From Tubiluchus corallicola (lineage: Eukaryota > Animalia > Priapulida), in the NCBI GenBank assembly GCA_030141605.1, contig JAQGDQ010000833.1, positions 26,399 to 90,398 on the forward strand: 64,000 nt of DNA, in the 5' to 3' direction. Below are positions 49,219-61,154 of the stretch, in pieces; position 1 is the first letter of the stretch; each line of letters opens with the position of its first letter. The notes beneath the pieces were generated by a model. That model was not told the DNA's origin. It did no database searches and saw nothing but the letters and a program-made list of their open reading frames with translations. Position numbers and translations under genes: made by a program.

Positions 49219-50022
49219 ATGGACGTGGGTAAATAGGATTGTGTAGAAGTGTGTGCTTGTAAAACTGGAATTTTAAAAATTGTTCTGTAGCTGAGGTTTG
49301 ATTTTTGATAAGAGACGTTTTATTAGAAGAGCCAGAAAGAATATCCGCTAGAAAAAAGGAGTGATCTTAGCGGATATAAAGGCGAGAGTGCAGACAGAAA
49401 GGGTAAACAGATTAACAAAACGCTTGCACGCCTTTCCTAAAATTTCAATGCGGACCAGGATCAAAACTAGCATTCTATAATACTGTACATACGTCAAAAT
49501 TTATTAAGATTTTATAACAACGTCTTCACAATACAACCAAGTGCCAAGCAGGTGACGGATTAAGAACTTTACACAAAATGACGCAAAGCTATGAGAAAAA
49601 TACGGGCTGCTATAAATCTATGCGGTTGACTGTTAAGTAAAGACATTAGTACCTACGAAACAATAATGTATTAACATGCTGGTGGAGAATTCCATGCGGG
49701 CTTTCAATGCATGATACGAAACACAATGGCGAACTGCCATTGGGTGATCTCTGGATCCTGAGTTTGAGAATAGGTGGAATCACCCTGCTGAATACCTGCT
49801 AAATTGCGTCAGTCAGCAATCTAGTCACCCTGTTATCCTCATCCCACCAGGCACAGGGCTAAAGAACGACTCCACCTCCTCCCGGGGCAAGAACAGAGCA
49901 ATGAAACGTGTTTCAAAAAGACAAACCGCAGAGGCGTGTGCCCACTTCGCCTGTCAATTTCTATTAGATAACAAACAGCCCACGAGACAGGATAATTAAG
50001 TGGCACCGGTGCGTTACGGAGG

Positions 50023-50028
50023 TATAAA
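50023..50028 (+). promoter_or_regulatory. Candidate TATA box of the IGFBP-like gene
   Basis: TATAAA in GC-richer context 114 bp upstream of the ATG; further TATAAA at about 50064 and 50089. Confidence 0.45.
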
Positions 50029-50136
50029 CGCCTTGCTCGCTCGTGACTTGAGACTGCAGGAACTATAAACGTATTTAAAGCACTCGACTATAAACCTTAC
50101 AACAGTCGTACGTTTTTAACTCGTAGAACAAGAATC

Positions 50137-50751
50137 ATGAACGCGGTAGAGAGTATCATCGTTTGCCTGTTCTTGGCGAGCGTTGGGTACGTGCAAGGAT
50201 TTGTTGACTGTCGATGTGAACTGCCAAAAGGAGGTCCTCGAGGTGTACGATGGATCAGCATCTGCGATTGGTATCCGCACCGGTACCCGAACGACGAGTC
50301 CGAATGTAACAATGGCATGACAAAAGATTTTTGCGGTTGCTGTGACGTATGTGTGAAGGGTCCGGCTGAAATCTGTTACGTGTACCCTGCCCAAGCACAG
50401 CCGATGGGCTGCATGGAGGGATACACATGCACACTGATGGATGAGAAGGCATTCGAATACCGGTGTGTGCCGGATCCGATCGACAACATCCGCGTCGAGA
50501 CAACGGAAGCGACATCAACTACAGAAAACCTGGACACGACCACAATAAATCTGGATGAGACGGAAGCTACGACAACAGAAGAAGTAGAAACAACAACTCT
50601 CCAACTAGACGTGACAACCAGTACCGAAGATCCAGCAGTCATGTATGTAGAACCACTAAGCAAACAAAGACCAACTAAGGACTCGAAAAACGAAGTGCTT
50701 CAAAACTCCGTTGAAGAAATCGATAAGCAAGCATTTAGCGATGGCACATGA
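50137..50751 (+). CDS. Secreted single insulin-binding (IGFBP N-terminal) domain protein with a Thr/Glu-rich mucin-like tail, 204 aa, intronless
   Basis: Signal-peptide-like N-terminus (MNAVESIIVCLFLASVGYVQG); 12 Cys in the mature domain with the IGFBP motif CGCCxxC, then GxxxxC...CxEGxxC; followed by TTEATSTTE-type low-complexity sequence. Confidence 0.85.
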   Translation: MNAVESIIVCLFLASVGYVQGFVDCRCELPKGGPRGVRWISICDWYPHRYPNDESECNNGMTKDFCGCCDVCVKGPAEICYVYPAQAQPMGCMEGYTCTLMDEKAFEYRCVPDPIDNIRVETTEATSTTENLDTTTINLDETEATTTEEVETTTLQLDVTTSTEDPAVMYVEPLSKQRPTKDSKNEVLQNSVEEIDKQAFSDGT

Positions 50752-52033
50752 GCAGAGAAAACAAAGTGAACCAAGCTTGTAGATATTAACATTATGGTAA
50801 ATTATCTCAATTCACACCTTAAGTAATATTGGAATGGATGTTAAAAACTTCCAGTACGCGGCACAAAACGGATGAATGGAAAGTCAGTGAATTATTGCAA
50901 ACCCAACATGAAACACTCAACATAGTGGATGATATTTAACAAAACAATGCAATTTGGCTATTAGTCTGCCGAAGCATGTGACAGATAATATGCACAATAG
51001 CACAAATACAATATGAACCATAGTGGACATAATAGGTCAACACACAAATGAGACAATCAGTGAAAAAGTGGGCTGCCCAAATTATGAAGGCATTAATGAA
51101 ACTGGTACCACTTCAGCGAGGATCTAGAACTGTTTCTACTCTACAAAATCAGGAAACTACGACAATGATGTTATTAAAAGTTGCAATTTAGCGAGACACC
51201 AAAATCAAAAATTCACTAGCCCTGTATTGACATTTGATGATTTTATACAGGAACTTTTGCAGGCACATTACTGGTGATGTATAATTTAAAGAAACTGCTA
51301 CTCTTGGTATATCTGTTCCAGAAAAATTAGGCAGTGAAATTTTAAAAATATTTTACGTTGTACATAAATTAACAACGCATGAAAATGTTAATGAACATAT
51401 TAATGGGGATTAAGTTATAATCTGTATATTTGCATTGATCTACTTGCATTAATTTGTAAATATTCAACGTGCAAGAACGTGCATAAGAGCACTTATTTTT
51501 TAAACTTTTAATTTAAGACTTTTAGCAGCAAAAGATTGTGTTTGTAATTTATCTTGGGAGAAAAACTATTTACGAATGAGTATGACAAAACGTCAAACCT
51601 CGTTAACCTATACCATAACACTGCACACCATAGAAAAGAAGGCAGATCCATTACAGGGTAAGAATAGTATGCAAAACATACGAACACATATTTAACAATT
51701 CCAACTTTTACCATCTAAATTAACACTCAAATCTATATATAATTCGCGGCAAAGAGCTAAAAAGTTGTGACGCGTTCTTCAATTCAAGATAACCTTTATT
51801 TACTTGTCGTTACAAGTAATGTTGTTAATTTATAACAAATTCGCAAGACTAAAAAAATATTTTGAAAGACTTTCCGCTCACTAATTCAGGTAAGTGTACA
51901 ACTTTGCAAGCTCAAAATTGTTGTAAATTACTTCTGATTTCAAATCTTTAGACAGATTTTGATTATTGCCAACTTTGGGGATGTGACTTAGTCGTCAACG
52001 GTACGGAAATTAGTTTACAAGGTTTTTTTGACA

Positions 52034-52419
52034 AAATTACCTGATATAGGCACAAAATACAGAAGTAAGATCAGCCGGATTAAAAAGACGAGAGGTATAT
52101 GCCGCCAAAAACACGTTTTATGTGACTTGAGACAAAATCTGAGACACACAATTCACGACGGGAAATGACGGCAAAGTCGAACAGACAAATGAACACCCAA
52201 TCAACATCGCAATTGGAACAAACCAGAGAAACAAGTTGGAGAGCTTTTCGAGAACAACAGGCTCTTTGTTTCTTAAAGTGTTTACTTAAGAAGAAACTTC
52301 TGTTGAACGTGTAATGTATAAAAGCATTTACAAAATAATGCAGTACCAGACTACCAGTATAAAACCATTTACAAAATAATGTGGTACCAGACTACCAGTA
52401 TAACAATGTAATGTTCAGT
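52034..52419 (+). repeat. Dispersed duplicate E, copy 1
   Basis: High identity to 56065-56386. Confidence 0.88.
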
Positions 52420-52529
52420 ATTGCCGGGAAGAATAAAAAAACATTACAGATCTATACACATATTGCTTACAAATGTGCAGAATTTTATTTTCTACGATTG
52501 TTTTCAAAATAAGTTTGTGAATTAAAGGA

Positions 52530-53110
52530 GGACAGGATGATTTTTCATATACTACCCCATTTTCAAGTCCGATATAACACAATTAATACTGCAAAAATAT
52601 TTATGAAATTAAATAATAGATTAAAAACTTAATAAATAACGGCGGGAAAACCCAGCTATTGATGACATCACAAACTAACATAATTTTCAACAGCAAAAGT
52701 ATGCACGTGTTTGCGAAGATGAAAATTGAAGTGCAGTGCTACTGTAAGATATTTAGTGTGTGGTATTAAAACTAGGCATGCTTTAAGATAAAATTGAAAT
52801 TTCAAATTTACCGCTGTGCTCACGCATAAGCTGTCGAACATGAGTAGTTCATCACAAACTAACGCACCTAAACTGAGAGGTAAATCACCGGTTTTTTTGT
52901 GCAATTCGTTTCTGAAATACAGGCGCTAGTGCCCGTCTAACTAGCAAATTGTGACATGTAACAGCGAAGAACTAGTGGCACGAACGTGAAATTGTGTTTG
53001 CGTGGTAGTAATTCTTTCACGTAAGTCATTCTTGAAAAAATAGTGTTTCCTTTCAATATTTTAAAGAGTAGATTGTTTTAAGCTACAGTCGAAGATTTGG
53101 TCCGGTTTTG
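52530..53110 (-). mobile_element. Dispersed repeat family A, copy 3
   Basis: Reverse-complement similarity to 10700-11290 and 29135-29450. Confidence 0.7.
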
Positions 53111-53315
53111 CTTTATGTTGTACACGCTGAAGAGTGAATTACGGCACCAAATACTAAACGCGCTAAACAACGAAACCAACACAAGGCACGTTAAGACAGT
53201 ATCAAGTTTTAAGCATACAGAAACCAGTTTTTCGATAATAATCTCACGTTTTAAATAATATTGCACCAACCTCATCACAAAAACTCCTTTCCTTTTAAAT
53301 ACTGTAATATCTTAC

Positions 53316-53348
53316 CGAATATTTCAGTGCGCACATGATAGTAGACAT
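53316..53348 (-). CDS. Candidate septin alternative first coding exon (MSTIMCALKYS)
   Basis: ATG...TCG|GTAAGA, 33 nt, phase 0. Confidence 0.35.
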
Positions 53349-53436
53349 TATGCAGTGTGCGTAATTACACTACAAGGCAAACCATCAATGAGACAGAGCA
53401 TCAATAAAATAGAGTGGTCATTAATTAAACACTTAC

Positions 53437-53505
53437 CCCCGGCATGCTACCGCTGACCGTCCGGGCGGTGGGCGACCGAAGAGAAACGAAACCGAAACCC
53501 GACAT
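53437..53505 (-). CDS. Candidate septin alternative first coding exon (MSGFGFVSLRSPTARTVSGSMPG)
   Basis: GC-rich island; ATG...GGG|GTAAGT, 69 nt, phase 0; in-frame TAG upstream. Confidence 0.6.
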
Positions 53506-55117
53506 AGCTACCGAACGGACGGACGTACGAATGCGTCCGTGTAACAATGAAAGTATTGTCTACAGGTTGGGGGTCAACCGTGAAACGGTGTGCGAAAACA
53601 TTAGGGGTGCCAAAACTAATGCCAAATTCATATAAGATCCCAGACTGAGAACATATATTCAACGTTTATCTAGTTCAGAGCAGCTAAATTCACCAATCTC
53701 TCTTCAGTGGGGATAAATTACCAGGGTGGTGCGAAGAAACATGTACCCCCTAAAGCCCCGTTCACACAATCCACGTTACGCCACGGCACGTAATTAAGTA
53801 GTTAAGTAAATGCGTGCGAAAAAGCGCATCAATAAGAAAGTGTGTCAGTCAGAAGTAGCGGCAACTCGGCACACAAAAACAGCAAAAAATCATGTCTACA
53901 ACAAGGAAGCAACATTGCAATTCCACGCCGAAGAAAACATTGGCTCTTACGCTTTAACGCGCACCTCCCCACTGCCACAGATAAATTAAACAGCAAAAAA
54001 AGTTTTTTAAGCGACAGAAAACACGTACACGTACGGTTTTTACACTTTTTAGACAACGTTTCTAGCTGCTTTGATAAACTATGAAATTCAATGCTAATAA
54101 AATGTTCAAAATTACTTGCCAAAAGCAAGATTTGAAATTGAATGAAAACATTGAATTTCTTCACACATCGCTAGCAGCGGGAGGCCAATCGTTAAATCGA
54201 ATGACCGCAGTGACCCCAAACAGATAGGTTATTAGCAGTAAAATGGCAACGGATCAACTTTTTCACAATCTTGGTAACCCTACTCGCGTTTCAACTGCGA
54301 CTATTGCACCCAAATCCGACTTTACGAAGCTTTGGAAAACAAGTTTTGAAGAGTCACATAAACTATCGATTTTTCACCACACCAGCCAACCTCCCGTTAG
54401 TTCAGTAAATTCCACCAGGAGCGCTACATTTCTAACGGGAAGAAGAAAATTACCTCTCCCAACTACATGGAGAGGTACAGCCTAAACCGATGAACGCCAG
54501 GGGACTTGTACGGAAGGAGTTACAGCGAAAAAAATCAAAAATAATTTGCCATTCTAAACACGAACGTCGCGCACGCATGAACTTATTAAACGGATGAGTC
54601 GAGTTGACAAATATAAGCCGATTAATTATTAATCTTGATCTCAAGAATGATAGTCAAAGTTGAAATGAATCAAGTTTAATTTGAAGCATTTAATAATTTG
54701 ACAATTTCATAAAATTGAGTTTATTTCATAAAAAAAACTGCCGTCAGCCAAAATAATTATTGATATTTATCGGTCTAGTTCTGCGTTGAATTACGTAGTA
54801 CACATACGTCTGTTTGTTTTTCATGCGCTTAAATAAGAGCATAGTTTGCAGTTTGAATAAGCATGACACAGATAAGGTTCTAAAAAACATGATCAAGACA
54901 AAAGACATGCTAATAGACCTGTCCACTTGGGGTGAGCAGTTTTTACCATACTACAGTACAAATGTAGGCCAATTCTTTCACAAGACTAGGTAAAGCTTTT
55001 AAAAAAACACGGTTTTTAAGAAGAAACGTGATGAAATTTAATAACGCAAGAATTTATAATTCTAACGTTCAAAATTATAGAATAATGATATCACAAATCA
55101 ATAGTTATTCTACATTT

Positions 55118-55458
55118 ATATACAATACGAAGTTGGACAGATCAAACTAGAAATTTGCAAAATCATCGTCGTCGTAATCATCGTCATCATCATCATCATA
55201 ATCAACGTCGTCGTCGTCGTCTTCATCACCATCATCATCAAGATCAAGATAAACGTCACTTGTATCAAATGTATATAGATACATTTATATATGCAATACG
55301 AAGTCGGACAGATCAAACTAAAAATTTGCAAAATCATCATTGTCATCATCATCATCATCATTATCGTCATCATCATAGTCACCGTCGTCATGATCATCAT
55401 CATCACCATCGTCGTCGTGGTGATCAAGATCAACATCAACATCACCACCATCATCATC
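55118..55458. repeat. Two-unit duplication of a ~45-bp block plus (CAT/CGT)n microsatellite
   Basis: atat.caatacgaagt.ggacagatcaaacta.aaatttgcaaaatcatc at about 55120 and 55289, each followed by trinucleotide runs. Confidence 0.9.
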
Positions 55459-55935
55459 TATTTAATAGCTCTTATTAAAAATGACCACACAAATAATATT
55501 AAACTGCATATTTTTTTCCACACTTTTTTCAGAAAAGACAATATTAATTTTTACGAACATGTTTCGGCTAATAGAACTGAATCTTTTATTTAAGTGCAGC
55601 AATTAGACTGACAAACAAGCAGTATAATTATTGAAACGAAGTGACCAATAACGCCCCTTTAAACATTAGCGCCAGTAACTGTGGCATTCCAAACAGGCAT
55701 TAACAACTTACAGGTATTTAACACACCCGAGGTAATTATAAGGTGTTTTAAATACAACCCGTATTGATAATTTGACCTAAATGCCATCATTCCTGCAGAC
55801 TGTTAAAATGATTTCAAACAATTACAGGCTTATTTGCATAATGAACCAAGTGTCGATAATTAATCACCATCAACCTGCTAATTACAGCAATGTCTGGGAT
55901 TAGTAAGGGTACCCCTGCCTTCCCAGCTTAGTTAC

Positions 55936-55952
55936 GGTGCCCCCTGCTGGTG
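55936..55952 (-). promoter_or_regulatory. CTCF-like motif
   Basis: The minus strand reads CACCAGCAGGGGGCACC, matching the CTCF core CCAGCAGGGGGC(G/A)C. Confidence 0.5.
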
Positions 55953-55999
55953 ACCACTATCACTATCAATCTTGCCCTTGGCATTAGAGACAAGATTTT

Positions 56000-56461
56000 G
56001 ATATATACTCGATTAAATTAGCTAAGCAATGTTCACAGTTCACAGAACAATTGAAATTTTCCTCAAAATTACCCGATGTAGCACAAAATACAGCAGTAAG
56101 ATCAGCCGGATTAAAAAGACGAGAGGTATATGCCGCCAAAAGCGCATTTTGTGATATCTGAGACACACAATTCACGACGGGAAATGACGGCAAAGTCGAA
56201 CAGACAAATGAACACCCAATCAACATCGCAATGGGAACAAACCAGAGAAACAAGTTGGAGAACTTTTCGAGAACAATAGGCTCCTTGTTTCTTAAAGTGT
56301 TTTCTTAAGAAGAAACTTCTGTTGTATAAAAGCATTTACAAAATAATGTGGTGCCAGACTATCAGTATAACAATGTAATGTTCAGTTAATGATATATACT
56401 CAATTGAATTAGCTAAGCAATGTTCCAGTACAATTTGTGAAAGAACAATTGAAATTTTCCT
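56000..56461 (+). repeat. Dispersed duplicate E, copy 2, bounded by ~65-bp direct repeats
   Basis: gatatatactc.att.aattagctaagcaatgttc...agaacaattgaaattttcct at 56000-56063 and 56391-56461. Confidence 0.8.
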
Positions 56462-56769
56462 GATCTATATGCTTGCTACTTCAACTATAAACACTAAGCA
56501 ACAGAATTATATATATATATATAAGAATATAAATAATATATAATAATATATTATACATAGATATATATGTAATAATCTTAGTTTACCAAAAACCAGATAT
56601 TCATACGCATAAGAGCATGTAAGAAATAAAATTCACACAACAATTAAAGGCAAATGGTCAAGTGCAAACTAAAAACTGTTGCCAAAAATTTAAAAGAAAA
56701 ATATATATTACAATATTACATGCAAATTATAATATAGACTATATATAATATATACATATGCAGGGTTTT

Positions 56770-56950
56770 CAAACAATTTAATGTACGCATTTTTAATTTT
56801 GATTTGAATTCGCAGAAAGACTTGATTTGTTTTAAGATTGATGGCATGGCATTCCAGAGTTGAACTCCTTGTTTAGTGATAGAATTGTTGCTGTATTCGT
56901 TATTAGTGCATGTTTGTTTAATATTGTGTGTTCTTGGATTTAATGTTGCC
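56770..56950 (-). mobile_element. LINE (CR1/L2/Jockey-like) 3' remnant
   Basis: SITKQGVQLWNAMP...IKSFCEFKSKLK resembles non-LTR ORF2 C-termini. Confidence 0.55.
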
Positions 56951-57212
56951 TCCAAGAGGAATGGAAGCTTATTTTTGATGAAGGTGTGTTAATATTGTTG
57001 ATATAATTCTAAACTAAAAGAAATCTGCTTTCAAGACAGGTAAGCACAACAGTCAATCCAGCAAAACAAAACTAGACACTGCTATGCCAGTGTCAGCACC
57101 ACTTCCAAAAAAAGACGACAAGAGGCATTTAGGTGTTTGTGCGAAATTTTCGAAACTATTATGAATAAACTCATTTAAAACGAATTATACTAGGACACTT
57201 AAACAGTTAAGG

Positions 57213-58406
57213 ACCTACCAATCTATCTAAGTGTGTGCACCGAGAAGAGACCAAAGTCAGTGGACTAGTCTGACTAATGCCCACCTACCAATCTACCTAA
57301 GGGTGTGCATGGAGAAGAGACTAAAATCAGTGGACTAGTCTGACTAACACCCACCTAGCAATCTACCTAAGTGTGTGCATGGAGAAAAGACTAAGGTCAG
57401 TGGACTAGTCTGACTAACACCCACCTACCAATCTACCTAAGTGTGTGCACGGAGAAAAGACTAAGGTCAGTGGACTAGTCTGACTAACACCCACCTACTA
57501 ATCTACCTAAGTGTGTGCACAGAGAAAACACTAAGATCAGTGGACTAGTCTGACTAACACCCACCTACCAATCTACCTAAGTGTGTGCACAGAGAAAAGA
57601 CCAAGATCAGTGAACTAGGCTGACTAACGCCCACCTAGCAATCTACCTAATCGTGTGCACGGAGAAAAGACTAAGATCAGTGGACTAGGCTGACTAACAC
57701 CACCTAGCAATCTGCCTAAGTGTGTGCACCGAGAAAAGACTAAGGTCAGCGGACTAGGCTTACTAACACCCACCTACCAATCTACCTAAGTGTGTGCACG
57801 GAGAAGAGACTAAGTTCAGTGGACTAGTCTGACTAACACCCACCTAGCAATCTACCTAAGTGTGTGCACGGAGAAAAGACTAAGGTCAATGGACTAGGCT
57901 GACTAACACCCACCTACCAATCTACCTAAGTGTGTGCACGGAGAAGAGACTAAGGTCAGCGGACTAGGCTTACTAACACCCACCTAATAATCTACCTAAG
58001 TGTGTGCACGGAGAAGAGACTAAGTTCAGTGGACTAGTCTGACTAACACCCACCTAGCAATCTACCTAAGTGTGTGCACGGAGAAAAGACTAAGGTCAAT
58101 GGACTAGGCTTACTAACACCCACCTACCAATCTACCTAAGTGTGTGCACAGAGAAGAGACTAAGGTCAGTGGACTAGGCTGACTAACGCCCACCTACCAA
58201 TCTACCTAAGTGTGTGCACGGAGAAGAGACTAAAATCAGTGGACTAGGCTGAGTAACACCACCTAGCAATCTACCTAAGTGTGTGCATGGAGAAAAGACT
58301 AAGGTCAGTGGACTAGGCTGACTAACACCCACCTAGCAATCTACCTAAGTGTGTGCATGGAGAAGAGACTAAGATCAGTGGACTAGTCTGACTAACGCCC
58401 ACCTAA
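57213..58406. repeat. Minisatellite, 70-bp unit, about 17 copies
   Basis: atctacctaagtgtgtgcacggagaagagactaaggtcagtggactagtctgactaacacccacctacca at 57221, 57291, 57361 and onward. Confidence 0.97.
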
Positions 58407-58634
58407 AGACTAAAAATGTGCCTTTACTTTACCAACTAGAGTACAAGGATGCTGAGTAACCATAGTAATCGACCAGTAGTTAATTAGCAAGATACTAAAA
58501 GATTGGAATATCCCTTTTTTTCTATTGAACATAATGCACTCATGGGGATCAAAGAAAATCACAGTGACTGTACAGGGTGGCCAAAATACTGAAAGTAATC
58601 AAAGCTCTTTTATTGTCCCAGGTGAAATACTTAC

Positions 58635-58778
58635 CTGTAAACTACTAGGACTAAACGAGCGATCACTAAGTGTGCAGCTGCTCAAACTATCATTGCTACG
58701 GCTGCTCAGAGAATGCTTGGAAGAACCCAGCGTGGGAACTGATCCTTGTCTGTACCTTTCGTACTTGTAGTCAGACAT
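58635..58778 (-). CDS. Candidate septin alternative first coding exon (MSDYKYERYRQGSVPTLGSSKHSLSSRSNDSLSSCTLSDRSFSPSSLQ)
   Basis: aaagATG start, 48 stop-free codons, perfect CAG|GTAAGT donor, phase 0; Ser-rich peptide of the disordered type. Confidence 0.7.
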
Positions 58779-59697
58779 CTTTCACTGGCTTAATAGACGG
58801 ACATTTATAATCTGTGTATAAGATCAACGGCTTTCCAACTTTTTATGAGACGTTTTAGTACGAAGATTTCCGCGATTGCCGTTTCACATTATCACAAATT
58901 TAGGCACTAAGAAAGTCAGGTTACTGTTTACAAGAAACATAGGTGCTTAGCGGTACCAAGCTGTCAACACTAATTTATAGAAAATACAAAATTAACCGTT
59001 TCATCTGAGGCAAAAGACGAACTCCTTTTTCATTACTTATGAAATTCAACTAAGTCGATGTACCACGAGCACCAGCTAGAACTACATCTGCTGACTGGCC
59101 TGACACGTACGCCCGAATCCTGACCATTGCTGGTCCTAGCATAATGGTCTTCAAACCCCAACACTTCCTACTATGATCATCACTAACAAACCAGGTAACC
59201 CTTTCACTGTCCCGCCCGGAACTCAAGGAGTGGTTCATGCGGTAGTCATGAAGCCAGACGTGAATATTGATCCACGAGTGAGCGAGTCTGCGCAAACAGG
59301 TCAATACGAGAGCAACAGTGACACTGGGTGACACAGAAGATCTATGACAATTTCTATTTAAAATGCTAGTGCAAATTCCCGATACATATACACATATATA
59401 CATAGAGGGAACATACACATTTTACACGTAGAGGGAAATAGGGGAGCGGTCATTGTGTGCACCTAATGCATGAAGTTAAGCAAAGTAAAACTTGATTTCA
59501 AAATGGATGGATGGCGGCCAAAAAATTGCTTCCGAGTGGTGTCATGGTGTCATACTGACTTCGAATGTTTCTTATATTGCAAACGGCTGTGCATGTATAC
59601 AAACACATGATTTAAATATTGCTAACGTATGTAGGGTTAGGTATAGGCTATACTGAGATAGATATCATTCCGCGTTTTTAAATATCAGCATGATAAG

Positions 59698-59714
59698 TGC
59701 TGCCCTCTAGTGCT
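59698..59714 (-). promoter_or_regulatory. CTCF-like motif
   Basis: The minus strand reads AGCACTAGAGGGCAGCA, close to the CTCF variant CCACTAGAGGGCAGCA. Confidence 0.4.
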
Positions 59715-60031
59715 AGATACGGCCTTGTGGTGGGATGAAGTGTTATATAAAAAAAATTACACTCTCTTCTGCGTCCACACGACCAAATTAATGAAAGTAT
59801 TTTGCATTCTATGAAACGTTAATTTAATTAGTAATAATACGCAAAGTCACAAAAATACTTTACGAAGTATGTACTAACCAATTAATTACCCCGATGTTCC
59901 AAGACCAACAACTGAAGAAACGAATATCGTTTAAAATCATCATTTGAACGGGAAAATGTCCTCATACAAGGGATGTATTTCACAAAGAAAAAAAGTTAGG
60001 TAGTAAGCTAAATAATTATTGTTTATAAATA

Positions 60032-60032
<1 letters not shown>

Positions 60033-60092
<60 letters not shown>
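60033..60092. repeat. (ATT)n microsatellite
   Basis: Direct inspection. Confidence 0.97.
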
Positions 60093-60093
<1 letters not shown>

Positions 60094-60649
60094 TGCCTTA
60101 ATTCGTCATTGCAGCTTTAAACTATCACTGAAGTCTAAATTTTTCTTTGCCCTCACATTGGAATCCCTCTCGCCTGGAAAATTCTTCCCTCCCACAAAGA
60201 CCGCAAAGTTTGCGTCCTCGCACATTCACGCGTGATTCATTCAGTTGGCTTCTTCCCGTTTTACAAGCGTGAGGCTCCAGACGACTTCGTGCGCGATTCA
60301 TTCGGTTGGCTTCATTCTGGTTTACAAGCGTGAGGCTCTGCATGTTGTTTCTTGTTAGTTTATAACACAGATCCGATTAGATTGTCAGAAAAAACCTACG
60401 CTGGTCTAAAATCTACACAGCTCACCTCACCCTAACGAAACATTAAAGGCTGTCTAAACTGCCAAACATAAACATAGTGCAAATATAAAGAATAACTGGA
60501 GCAAGCATAAAAAAGTATGTCAATAATACGTGTAAAGCAGCTATAAAGTGCCCCAAAATTAGTGTCAGTGATACTATCATTTTCCTCAGCTAAACGTAAG
60601 AAATGACTGAAATTAAAAACAAAAACTAAACATTCACAATGACAAGTAC

Positions 60650-60685
60650 CTTCTCTTGTTTCTCAATCTTTTTCTCTCCTGTCAT
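60650..60685 (-). CDS. Candidate septin alternative first coding exon (MTGEKKIEKQEK)
   Basis: aaaATG...AAG|GTACTT, 36 nt, phase 0. Confidence 0.5.
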
Positions 60686-61043
60686 TTTCCAAAAAATCAA
60701 GTACACATCAGAGAAAACGAAAACCAAACTAGAAATGTGACGTCTACACTGATCAGTCTGGCAGAAAAGCTTTAACAGCACAAGTCAAGTGAGTTCCAGC
60801 AACGTTGCTGCGAACAATTAACACTCGGTCGCACAGTACTTATTATTATGTAAATTTAGGGAAGTTGTGCTATTATTATAAGAGTTTTATGTGGAGCACA
60901 ATGGTAAGACAACATGGACTGCACGATAAGGCAGGACTGCTACGTTTTCAATATTGTATTTGGACAGTAATGTTTGTCGAGCAAATTTGCCTATGAAAGT
61001 ATCACAACAACATGAAGGGACGAAGTTGGCTGACACAACATAC

Positions 61044-61064
61044 CATAACACTAATAAACTCCAT
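61044..61064 (-). CDS. Candidate septin alternative first coding exon (MEFISVM)
   Basis: agaATGg...ATG|GTATGT, 21 nt, phase 0. Confidence 0.3.
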
Positions 61065-61154
61065 TCTTATTTTATGATACATTTATTTTGAACATATCAA
61101 AATAGCAGTGAAAGTTATACATACATGTATAATTTACTATGTTCGTCCAATTCA

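Noticed and set aside
55116-55593. His-, Met- and Ile-rich ORFs here and at 61371-61916
   Set aside because: Trinucleotide low-complexity tracts open in several frames, with no gene structure.
58725-58790. Initial impression of a reversed tRNA-derived SINE head
   Set aside because: The A and B boxes are poor, and the stretch is better explained as the 48-codon ATG-to-GTAAGT exon.
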